Assembly: GCA_951406725.2 (NCBI GenBank) | Contig: OX597823.1 | Location: forward strand, 34,348,001-34,412,000 | Source of the DNA: Octopus vulgaris | Lineage: Eukaryota | Direction: 5' to 3' | Length of the DNA: 64,000 nucleotides | In this document: positions 27,196 to 38,590 of the stretch, in pieces | Layout: every line of letters starts with the position of its first letter | How positions within the stretch are numbered: the first letter of the stretch is position 1 | The notes under the pieces: model-generated | Seen by the model: only the letters and a program-made list of their open reading frames with translations | Databases searched by the model: none | Told to the model about the DNA's origin: nothing | Translations under genes and position numbers: made by a program

Positions 27196-29854
27196 ACAGT
27201 GATCTAGAATATTGTAGTGGACTTCTCTTCTTTCAACTACATTTATTTACATCTTTAAGCTTCTCTTTGGTAGCAACCAATATCTATTTTCACTGAATAC
27301 TTCCATGACAATTTCATTGTGCTAATGTCTCATTGCCTGGCACAGAGTCAACTCCCTCAATACTAGACTCCTTCTTGTAGAGGGGTTGTCTTGCAAATTA
27401 CTTGGTCAACTCACTGGTGCTGGTACTATGTAAAAAGCACCCAGTACACTGCGTAAAGTGGTTGGCATTAGGAAGGGCATCTAGTCATAGAAACCATGCC
27501 AAAGCTGACATTGGGGTTTGGCATCTAATCGTATCATAAAAGAAATTGGAACCAGCTCTTCTAACCCTAACCCATGTCAGTATTGAAAACAGACATAGTG
27601 GTGATGATGATGTAACTATTTCTTCACTATTTTCACAGCAGATACTGTTCTAAATGGAATATACATCAATATTTTCATGTCTGTTCATGTAGACATATCA
27701 TCACTATTAAGATGGAACCTTAAGGTTACTCAATAACAGAATGCAGACTTCATTAAGTAGTACCAACTGTTATTGGTTCAAGCATCAATACATTCTCTAA
27801 GACTTACTAAACAAGCCTTCAGATGTCTTAAATGGAGACCCTAGATCCTTCTTCTTTCTTACCTATAGTCAGCCACTCCTCTTCATATATAGTCTTCTTG
27901 TAATGATTTCTCTTTAATCATCTTTCATTACTTCCATCACATCCCTTGCAAAATCTTAACATGATGTTGATGTAGCATCCTGTATTCTGATCCCTTGAGG
28001 CCAACAACAGACTCAGCCATTGTTTTCTTTTCCTTATTTCACATTATAATTGTCATCATCACCATCATTGTTTTAGCATCATTTTTCTATGCTTGTTTGG
28101 GTGAGACAGAATTCATTTAGGCAGATTTTCTATGGCTGGACATGTTCTCATGGAAGACTGGATAAAAAGAACACCACTTGTATGATGACTATGTTCATTT
28201 TACAAGTTTTGTGCAATGTCAAAGGAAGGAGACGCAAATACAATCCTGCACGCATACACACACACACACACACAAAAAATCACTGCTTTAACATTCACTT
28301 CTGCATGCATGCATGAGTCAGACAGAATTTGTTGAGGCAGATTTTCTATGGCCGGATGTCCTTCGTGTAGCCAACCATCAGCTGTATCCAAGCAAGGTAT
28401 TTCCTTAAAGCTAAAGATGTCTTCATGGAAGGCTGGAAATGAATCATACCATTTGTACGGCAGTAACACTCAACGCTCATGTAATGTCTGGACCAAGAGA
28501 CAGTAAAACACACACACACACATATACACATACACAATGGGCTTCTTTCAGTTTCTGTTTACCAAATCCACTCACAAGGCTTTGGTCAGCCTGGGGTTAT
28601 AATAGAAGATACTTGCTCAAGGTGCCATGAACTAGGACTGAACTGCAGATCAAGTGGTTAGGAGGTAAACTTCTTAACAACAATCATTAATTTTTTCTCT
28701 TGATTTTCAGAAATTTCGTACCAGATGCTAACAACTTCAAACCAAGCCAAAAAATGAATTACTTGAATGATTTAACATTAGTTTTCCTCGTCGTTTGTCT
28801 AGTTTGCTAACAAAGCCGAGAAAAAAAATCGCAAATAAATCTACTTCGTGTGTCTAGAACAGTCAGCTTGTTCGAGAGTCCTGACTTAAGCCAAATTACT
28901 TTGGTGCTTCAAATGGCTCTTCATATAGTTTACAAACACGTGACTTGCTTTAAAAAAGATATTTATCGATCAAGTAATTAAATAACTTCATAACCATATT
29001 TCCCATTATTGGAGTGATTTTTCGTTTTTCATTGACAAATATAACATTGTGTATGAAATTGACATCAACCAACCGTGACATCTACAACGTTTCTACTTTT
29101 ATTTTTGACCAAAGTTGGATACGATTCCTATACGATTACCTTCACTCCTCTCACTGGTCGTTGGACATAAAATGAAACTCGTATAGTGAATAGTTTCTCG
29201 TCTTATCATCTGTACTTTAATAAAGTCTCAAGTATTTTAATTATTGTTACAAATAAACAAGCTGTTGATAACGGACTTATTAGTATAACTACAATCATGG
29301 GGGGGGGGACCCCACTTCTCTCCGTTTCAGTCGTTATTGTCAATCGATAGCTTAACCAACAATTTATCGATGTTCAACGTTTACTTATTCCATCAATTTG
29401 GCGGAAAATTGTAATAATTTAAGAACACAGATTAATGAGCCGTGCTAGGTTACCATATTCATCAGGTATATGGAAAGTGTACATTTATTGTTAAATATCT
29501 GTATGATCCAGAAAAAGCAAGTGTTACCATCAAGGTTTTCGCAAAAACATATACATATGTGTGTGTGTGCGTCTGTGTATAATACACGAGTGTTTATAAA
29601 TACATACATATACATATATATATATATATATTCATTGTGAGGGGGAGATTTAGGAAGAAACTTCTAAAATAATGCACGAAGAATGAAAGAGCTCTTAACT
29701 TGGATACTGCATTAAAAAGACAATTTTTCTCCGTATATATATTTATACATAAAAAAACATACATTAAGCGAAAGAAGATTTTAAAATCAAAATCGTAGAA
29801 AGAAAATGGTTGGCGCTACGTTGTAGAATTGAATTCCATCAGTGAAATAGTGTA

Positions 29855-29896
<42 letters not shown>

Positions 29897-30545
29897 TATA
29901 TTGTGGTGTTTGTATGAATGTGTAAGTAGTTATATGGATATATCTATCTGTATAGGTGAGTATGTGTTTATTTGATAGATGACAATTTATTCTTCTCTTT
30001 CAAATTGTTATGAAAGCAATTATATAAAAAGCAACAACAAAAAAGCAAAACACCTCTGTATGCCTCAACATCACACACACACATATATATATATATAAAT
30101 ATATATATAAGCTAGATAGATACACTGTGGTGTGATTCTGAGTGTCTATATGTAAATGTGTTTACATAAGTATGTGCGTGTGTCTATATATGTGTGTCTG
30201 TGTGTGTATGCGATGTTGTGACTGTACGATGTCAGTGATGAATGAGTTGCCATCGAAGTACAACAGTAAACACCGACCACAGTATATTTCTCAATAAATG
30301 TATGATGAATATCGACAACATAAACAAATGCGCGATGAGGTAAGGCAGTTTAAAGTTGTGTTGGGGAATAAAACAACAGACGTCTGCTATTATTATGAAA
30401 TGGAAGGGACAGATTGTACGTCATGGAGCTTCACCTGGTACAACAAACAGACGCACCACTGGACATTTGTGCAGAATACATGAAATCATAAACTATGACG
30501 TGACAAAGAAATAGAATACAAAACTAAAAAACTGTTCCACTTTAC

Positions 30546-30620
30546 CATATTTTCTTGGTGGATGCTATAGAAAGTCCTATCATTAGCATCAGAACACAGC
30601 CATGTTTCAACTCCACGGTG
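30546..30620 (-). other. Candidate 75-nt exon ending in ATG
   Basis: Strong acceptor ctgtcttctttctcctccccttcatctgtag, donor ATG|gtaaag, open in two frames. Confidence 0.4.
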
Positions 30621-31251
30621 CTACAGATGAAGGGGAGGAGAAAGAAGACAGTTATTCGCCCTTGTCGACAAAACATTCTCTAATTACTCGACAGGTAGCG
30701 CTCCCTGTACGTCATTCATCTAATAATAGTGCAGTGGTGAAGACGGTGACGGTGAATGCGTACAGCGTTGATGGTGATGGCGGGAGGTGTAAACACTAAC
30801 GGCTCTTATGATAATAGTGGTGGTGGTGGTGGCGATGTAAAAACGCTCACTGTCCTTATGGTGGTGGTGGTGGTGATGATGACAATCGAGGTGATTCTGT
30901 GTGATAGACATGACAACATCGCTAAATATTGCTTCTCTTAAGTGAATTTGTTAACTTTTAGGTTCCGAAATGCATATTGAGAAAAATGAAGCAGAAAGAA
31001 ATGCGAGACTTGTAATGCCCTATTAGTATTGTGTATATGTGTGTGTGTGTTTAAATATATATATATAATTAAGATTCAGTTGAATTAGGTACTTCAATTG
31101 AGGCACCTTGCCAATTCGGTATAGTCCGCACAGCTCCAAGTTAGGTGAACAGAATGTAAATAAGTAACAAGGATGTACATCCCTGTGTGTTTATTAATAT
31201 TTAGCAGAAGTAACAGAGTGGCTCAAGGTCTGAGATTTTCGTGCGTTGGCA

Positions 31252-31286
<35 letters not shown>

Positions 31287-31538
31287 ACACATACGTGTGA
31301 GTGTTAGTTCATACTGCGAAATAAATGAAATATATCTAACACTACACTTATGTTGTATCGAGTACTTTTAAATGTAAAATGAAAGTAATCAACTTGGCTT
31401 GAAACGATTCCAGCGAAGTAAAGGCTGTGGTAAGAAGCTTACTTCCCAACCACATCGTTCTGGGTTCAGTCTTATAGCGTGGCACACTTGTCTTCTTGGG
31501 CTGATCCAAAAGTGTGTGTGTGTGTGTGTCTATGTATA

Positions 31539-32860
31539 TTATTCAGTTTTATTTCGAAATTTCTTCCCAATGGAGAAAGAGCTGGTTTCAGTAACACTGA
31601 ACGGCTTGCGAGTTTGAACGTTTATCTCATTGAGTTCTTGTAGTGGCCAGCTCAAAAGGTCAAACATAGGTGTGATGGCAGGCACTGCAAAGGTGTTGTG
31701 GGCAATATGTTTGTTATAAGCTGAGAGTTCTGATGACCATGTTCTCTTCACTCTCCTAAGGTCTTCATTTCCAGTCCTCAACTTATTTATAGATCCATCA
31801 TCTCTGACATTCTCACCTTGTCCAAGACACATATAATTGTCACCTGACTGTAGAGGTCATATCGTCAACTCATTCGCTTTTAGGTCTTCAGAGGAAGGCA
31901 CAACTTTTCGTGTTTTAGTGTCAAAAAAAAGGCACATTTGGACTCACTAAATTTCATTCTGGTGTCTGTAGAAAAATCAGTAGTGAAGTCCACTTTTATT
32001 TTTATGTGGTCCATATTTGGCCCATACAATCTCAGGTTGTCAACGAAGAAAAGATGGGAGATACTTCTGAATCCATTTCTATAACCACTAAGTTTTGTGA
32101 ATGGATTCAATGGGAGGATGAAGAGCAACACTGAGAGATTATCACCCAGAAAGATGCTGTGTGTGTATATATATGTATGTGTGTATGTATGTCATTGCTC
32201 AGTTTTATTTCAAGATTTCTTGCCAATAGAGAAACAGCTGGTTTCTAACCTAGATCCAAGGCTCCTACATTGGAATTTCAACATCAACAACGGTATTTTT
32301 TGTATGTATGTATATGTGCAGATTTGTATGTTTTGTTTAGCGAGTTGAATGGATTCTAACATCTATGAGTGGGGAACAGAGCCAAAGGCTTTCTTCTAGT
32401 CTAGCCACATTGAAACTATGTTCCTCCTATGCTCTTGCACTTCTGACATCACAGTTTTGTTGATTAACAACTGCTCAGTTCATTGCCAGACTCCCTTCTT
32501 CCCAGCTGCTTGTTCTGCTGTGATAATGTTACTGGTTTCACAATGTCCTGGAAAAAAAGGTTTAAACATGCTGTATATATCTTATACATTAAGTTCTGGC
32601 ATGCAATTGGCCGAATGTTTTTTGCCTTATGGGTGGTTCTGCATTTGGGGATCAATTTTGTCTCCACCAGAGCTAACCAGTGTGGTATGCTACTGTTCCC
32701 ATTGAGAGTTTGCTAGTACAGATTGATAAGGTATGGTTGGTTGAAGGTTAGCTTCTTGTACTAATATCCAACAACCAAGTCTCTTCCAGGTGCTTTTCCA
32801 TTCTCGAGTTTCTAGATCATGGTTGCAAGAGTTTCACCATCAATATTGTATGTCTTGGAT
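31539..32860 (-). mobile_element. Decayed R4/Dong-like non-LTR retrotransposon RT fragments
   Basis: NIRPIACQNLMYKIYTACL, LFILPLNP, ISHLFFVDNLRLY and WSSELSAYNK..AHNTFAVP motifs; interrupted by short 3'-end copies at about 31540 and 32200. Confidence 0.75.
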
Positions 32861-33838
32861 GTAACGCAGGAGCAATAACTTTATCAGATTTCTTGTATGT
32901 ATGCATGTATATATGCATGTATGTATATATGTCTGTGTGTATCTGTGTATATGCATGTATGTATGTATGTATCTATGCATGTATGTATATGGTCAACTTC
33001 GGCTTACTTTGTCTGTATTTTTCCTTGGCATGATGGTTCTAGAATTTTACTGTTTAATGTTATTGGATAGAAATATCCTTTGAGAGGTATCATAACTGCT
33101 TCTTCAAGGTTATGAGAACCAGTCTCTACTTGGTTACTTGACATGTTATAAATAGCAACTATATTGCCTGACAGTTGTAAAACAAGCATGGTGCATAATG
33201 CAGTCCAACATATGCCATGCATGATGGCATATGCCAGGATGGTTATGGTTGGAATGTCTTTGATCACATGGCTGTTCACTCAGGGATACTTGTGGCAAAC
33301 CACCATCTCATCATCATCATCATCGTCATTATGATTATCATCAATTTAATATCCACTTTTCCTTGCTTGCATACTTCAGATAGAATTCTTTAAGAAGAAT
33401 TTTTCTATGGCCAGACACACTTCCTGTTGCCAACCCTCATCTGTTTCCAAGCAATTTAATATTTCCCTATCACCGGACATTGTTTTTTCACAAAATACTG
33501 GAAATTAGGAGCTTGTATGACAATCTTGATAATACTAAAACTCTTGGGATGTTTATGTGTAACTGAAATATCTCAGAAATGGTATCTTTTATCTTAATTT
33601 TTTTTTACATATTTATTTTCATACTTACCTTCAGCAGTGCAGTGCAATTTTTTGTAACATTTGAACCTCTATTTAAGTGATTAAACACAATTTTTGCTAT
33701 TTCTTGATGAAAAAAAAAATACATGGCTTCCATGATGTCAATACACACACATTCAGAACACACACACATATAATGAATGTCATGGCATGTCAATCAACAC
33801 AAACACATATTTGCTATCTGTGACATATACACACATAT

Positions 33839-33907
<69 letters not shown>

Positions 33908-34289
33908 CATTTCATATACACGTTCATACATCTTTCACTTTCTCCTCTCTTTCACTTTAAAACAAAAGTAATCAGTGATTTTCAGGATAAAAATGGTTTA
34001 AAAAAAGCTTCTCCTCATGTAAATTGATTATTATTGTTTGGATAGTTCCAATTAAATAAGTCCAGAAGTTAGGTTAAATATATATACATGCATAAATACT
34101 GTGAATTCCCATTCTACAAACATGGCAAACAATTCCGTGAATACTTTCCCAAGAAAGGCTGGGTGGTAAGTCTAGTGTTCATTTAAAATTTATAACATGA
34201 TGTCAAAACAAACATCCCCCCCCCACACACACACACATGCACATATACATTTACATACACATATGTATGTATGTCTCTTTTACCTTTTA

Positions 34290-34950
34290 GTTATTATAAA
34301 TCTTCCACTGAGGAGGGAGCTTGTTTTACAACAAAGATACAATGCTCCATCTTTGGGATGTAGTTAACACAAACACATTCATATTTGGAATTTGAGAAAA
34401 GTCTTGAATATTTTTAGTGTTCCACTCACAGATTGCACTTGTAATGTACGAATTGGTCGGTTGATTTCTCTTTCTGAAAATCCCAGTTTATCCAGATTCT
34501 TCTTGAAGCATTTACTAACAAAATCTAATGCTCCAATTGTTATTATTGGTATGAATATGAATTCATAGTCTGGATATAAAAGCTGGGGGTTTCGAAGCAG
34601 ATGTTCATAGATATCCTCTTTTTCTTTGATTTTCAAAGAGATATTTATATCTGCAGGGTAGCTGACCGCTATGATGGTACATAGCTTTGTCCCTCTGCCA
34701 TAAACAACAATATCTGGCCTGTTATATTTACATTTGACAGAAGTTTTGATGGGAATATTCCATCAGTATTCCTTGAGTTGGTGCTTATAAATGTATTCTA
34801 TAACAGAGGGATTTTCTAAGTTTATTTCAGGACAGTCTTTTTTGCGGATGGCATGATAAATTGCTTTAGCAACAACATCGTGCCATGGAGGGTAGTAGTA
34901 CTGTGACAACATTTTAGGATAACTGCTAATCACTGCTTGGATAATGCTTA
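34290..34950 (-). mobile_element. R4/Dong-like element C-terminus (restriction-like endonuclease) and 3' UTR
   Basis: WHDVVAKAIY, YNRPDIVV, KIKEKEDIY and IPIITIGAL motifs typical of the REL domain. Confidence 0.75.
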
Positions 34951-35377
34951 GATATTGGAAAACACACACAGACACATTTGTGCACACATACACACGCACA
35001 TACATGTATCATCATCATCATCGTTTAACATCCATGTTCCATGTTGCCTTGGGATGGACAATTTGCCAAGATCCAATCTGTTCAAGGACCGCATTTAGTG
35101 TCAATGTTTGCTTGAGCATGGTTTTTATGGCCAGATACTCTTCCTAATGGCAACTAATTTACAGCAAGGACTGGATGCTTTTTTCATTATTCCACCTTCC
35201 CTGTTGAGGTCTACAATCCCAAAAGGGGACAGCGTCAAGCAAGGAGACAAGGGGAATCACTATAAAGAGTGGGGAACAGCAGGTTACTGTAGAGGGATCT
35301 GCATGGCTACTCATAGCTACTCACATCTATTGGGGGATGCACACACAAACATGCACACACATACCACACACACGCCC

Positions 35378-36123
35378 TGAGAGAAATGTTGGACATAAGA
35401 AGCATCGGATGTGGCGTGCAAGAGAGACATTTGCGCTGGTATGGTCATATACTACGGAGAGATGTGTCAAGAAGTGCCACTCCCAAACAGTTGAAAGAAT
35501 CCAGGGTAGAGGTAGACCCAGGAAGACATGGGATGAGGGTCAAGCATGACCTTCAAGCATTGGGCCTCATCGAGGCAATGACGAAAGACCGAGACCTCTG
35601 GAGATATGCTGTGACTGCAAAGATCCGACAAATAAAGTGAGTTCATGGCTGTATCCTACACCAGCTTCACATAACCAGCCCCAGCCCATTCAAAGTACCT
35701 TGGATCACAGGACGGCCTGCTATGTTTAACTTGGATCGTAGGGTGACCTGCTGTGCTTGAGGAGACCTATTGAGTTAAGTACATCAACATCAAAATAAAA
35801 ATCAAATGGAAATTGTAGTTGTGATATCCATGACTGTGGCATGTAAAAAGAACCATCCGAATGTGGCCGATGCCAGTGCCGCCTTGACTGGCTTCCATGC
35901 TAGTGGCACGTAAAAAGTACCAACCGATTGTGGTCATTGCCAGGTTGGTGGCACGTAAAAAGCACCCACTACACTCGCGGAGTGGTTGGCGTTAGGAAGA
36001 GCATCCAGCTGTAGAAACACTGCTAGATCAGACTGGAGCCTGGAGCAGCCTTCTGACTTCCCAGACCCCAGTTGAACCATCCAATCCATGCTAGCATGGA
36101 AAATGGACTTAAACGATGATGAT
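35378..36123 (+). mobile_element. RTE LINE 3' fragment with 3' UTR
   Basis: LDIRSIGCGVQERHLRWYGH and GRGRPRKTWDE motifs; same 3' end as the 13781 copy. Confidence 0.85.
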
Positions 36124-36254
36124 ATATATTTATATATATATAGTAAATTTAGGGTGAATACTTGATAAGTGTAAGTACCTGTATACGCCAGCTAGTAGCA
36201 GAGGTGAGAGGGTATATGTATCAAATGAAATCAAAAACAGAACACAAAGGATGT

Positions 36255-36347
36255 CGCAGTACACGTGTTTCAAGCTTTATAAACGACCTATTCTTACATC
36301 AGTGTATAATAGACATAAAGGATGATTTAAAGCTCTCTTCAGCCGCA
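36255..36347 (-). ncRNA. Type I hammerhead ribozyme motif with extended stem II
   Basis: TGCGG-CTGAAGA-GAGCTTTA...TAAAGCTT-GAAA-CACGTG-TA-CTGCG, with a palindromic stem III. Confidence 0.8.
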
Positions 36348-36440
36348 TGCAATTGTTATTCCAAAGAGTTACATCACACTATGAAATGTACCTTTCGGAT
36401 TTTTCATAGTGTGATGTAACTCTTTGGAATAACAATTGCA

Positions 36441-36533
36441 TGCGGCTGAAGAGAGCTTTAAACCATCCTTTATGTCTATTATACACTGATGTAAGAATAG
36501 GTCGTTTATAAAGCTTGAAACACATGTACCACG
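36441..36533 (+). ncRNA. Type I hammerhead ribozyme motif (inverted copy, slightly mutated)
   Basis: TGCGG-CTGAAGA-GAGCTTTA...TAAAGCTT-GAAA-CACATG-TA-CCACG. Confidence 0.7.
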
Positions 36534-36591
36534 ACATCCTTTGTGTTCTGTTTTTGATTTCATTTGATACACACACATACACACACACATG

Positions 36592-36630
<39 letters not shown>

Positions 36631-36734
36631 GTATATATATATACAGTTCAAAATTACAGAAAATCAAAAGACAAAGGCAGGTGTAGGAACAACAAGCAGG
36701 TGTATTAGTTTAACACTTGGGAAGAATGGAAAAG

Positions 36735-36772
36735 TCTTTCACGTTTCGAGCCTATGCTTTTCGACAGAAAGA
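36735..36772 (-). ncRNA. Non-canonical minimal hammerhead-like motif
   Basis: TCTTT-CTGTCGA-aaAGC(atag)GCTc-GAAA-CG-TG-AAAGA. The core and cleavage triplet deviate from consensus. Confidence 0.45.
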
Positions 36773-37192
36773 GGAAAACATGGAGAGCGGATATATAGGG
36801 AGAGAGAGAGAGAAAGAGAAAGAGAGAGTACCAGTTGAACACTGAGGTTGATGTAATCGACTCATCCCAATCTGCCCTTGTGACAAAATTTGAAATCATT
36901 ATTATTATCATAGGACATGCTCAACTGGTTAAGGTCAAACAACTGACAAGTAAATCTGTGGTATTGAGCAGAACATTTGCTGTAGCTCATCTTTTATATC
37001 AAGACAATCACACACAATAGTAATAATAATAATAATAATAGGAGTAGTAGTAGTACTATTACTATTACTATTAATATTTCAATTACTATTACTATTAGTG
37101 TTACTACTACTACAAATACTACTACTACTACTATTACTACTACTAATATTATTATTATTATTATTATTACTACTATTACTACCACAACTACT

Positions 37193-37260
37193 ACAACTAA
37201 ACCCTAAGCTAACCCGAACCCTAATCCTAACCCTAAACCCTAACCCTAACCCTTAACCCT
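37193..37260 (-). repeat. Degenerate interstitial telomeric repeat (TTAGGG on minus strand)
   Basis: About 10 CCCTAA-like units between a degenerate (TAA/TAC)n tract and the RTE fragment. Confidence 0.75.
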
Positions 37261-38318
37261 ATCACACACCTATCTTCATCCATTCTCGCCACATGACCAT
37301 ACCAGCGCAATCGTCTCTCTTGCACACAACAGCTGATGCTTCTTAGGTCCAACTTTTCTGCCAAGGTAATTACACTCTGTCGATTATGAACACTGACGTT
37401 ACACATCCATCGGAGCATACTAGCTTCATTTCTTGCGAGCTTACGCAAATCCTCAGCAGTCACAGCCCAAGTTTCACTACCATGTAGCATGGCTGTACGT
37501 ACACATGCATCATACAGTCTGCCTTTTACTTTGAGCGAGAGGCCTTTTGTCACCAGCAGGGGTAAGAGCTCTCTAAACTTTGCCCAGGCTATTCTTACTC
37601 TAGCAGTTACACTTTCAGCACACCCACCCCCGCTACTGACTTGGTCACCTAGGTAGCGGAAGCTATCAACTACTTCTAGTTTTTCTCCCTGGAACGTGAT
37701 AGAAGTTGGTCTCTGCATATTTTCAGAGTTTATTGCTCCTGAGCATCTGCCACAGATAAAAACTATTTTCCTAGTTAGTCTTCCTTTGACATTACTACAT
37801 CACTTATGTGTCCATAGCTTACATTTGGTGCAACTTATAGAGTTTCAACCTACACCTTTTCTACAGATCGAGCAGGGCCATCTACCTGAAGGCGTTGTGA
37901 TTGGTCTACCTTCCTACTTATTAGGACTTTGGTTTTGGCTAGGTTGATTCTAAGGCCCTTCGATTCTAAACCTTGCTTCCACACCTGAAACTTCTCCAGT
38001 TCTGATAGAGACTCAGCAATTAGAGCAAGGTTATCGGCATAGAGGAGCTCCCAGGGGCATCCTGTCTTGAATTCCTCCGTTATTGCCTGGAGGACTATGA
38101 TAAATAGGAGGGGACTGAGGATTGAACCTTGGTGGACCCCAAACTCTACCCTGAATTCTTCACTGTACTCGATGCCAACCCTCACCTTACTAGCAGCGTC
38201 TCTGTACATAGTTTGTACAGCTCTCACTAACCATTCATCTATCCCTAGTTTCCTCATTGACCACCAGATCAGGGATCAGGGGACCCTGTTGAAGGCCTTC
38301 TCCATATCAACAAAAGCT
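37261..38318 (-). mobile_element. Internal fragment of the same RTE-clade LINE family
   Basis: AFVDMEKAFNRVP, GVHQGSILSPLLF, LLYADNL, FRYLG and RRLRWYGHV motifs; truncated at both ends. Confidence 0.9.
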
Positions 38319-38590
38319 CGTCTTTGACGTCTTTCGGGACTCCTCTTTGTTCTCTTTCGGCACCCTCTGTGATCTCTTTCAGCACCCTCTTTGATATCTT
38401 TCGGGATTCCCCATTGATATCTTTCGGGACTCCTCTTTGATCTCTTTCGGGTTCCTCTTTGATCTCTTTCGGCACCCTCTTTGATCTCTTTCGGCACTCT
38501 CTTTGATCTCTTTCGGCACTCCTCTTTGATCGCTGTTGGCACCCTCTTTGATCAATGTCTGTACCCTCTTTGATCTATGTCAGCACCCTC
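38319..38590. repeat. 21-bp minisatellite
   Basis: Unit CTCTTTGATCTCTTTCGGCAC, about 12 copies. Confidence 0.9.

Larger units (their letters stand above)
36141..36571. mobile_element. Hammerhead-bearing palindromic element (170-bp arms, 15-nt loop, 76-bp tail on left)
   Basis: 36217-36386 versus 36402-36571, 4 mismatches counted by eye, flanked by TA/CA microsatellite. Confidence 0.75.

Noticed and set aside
26901-27296. 131-aa GGGLSDERE-repeat ORF
   Set aside because: 30-bp minisatellite, with no splice or domain support.
30602-30799. Plus-strand 65-aa ORF as a first exon
   Set aside because: Its purine-rich part is better explained as the polypyrimidine tract of a minus-strand acceptor, and its donor is weak.
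34307-34350. CTGAGGA followed by a GGAGC/GCTCC stem as a hammerhead
   Set aside because: No GAAA or stem III follows; better explained as the 3' UTR of the R4/Dong-like fragment.
31539-34950. One intact R4/Dong element
   Set aside because: On the minus strand the endonuclease fragment lies 5' of the RT fragments, the reverse of the normal order, so these are separate decayed copies.
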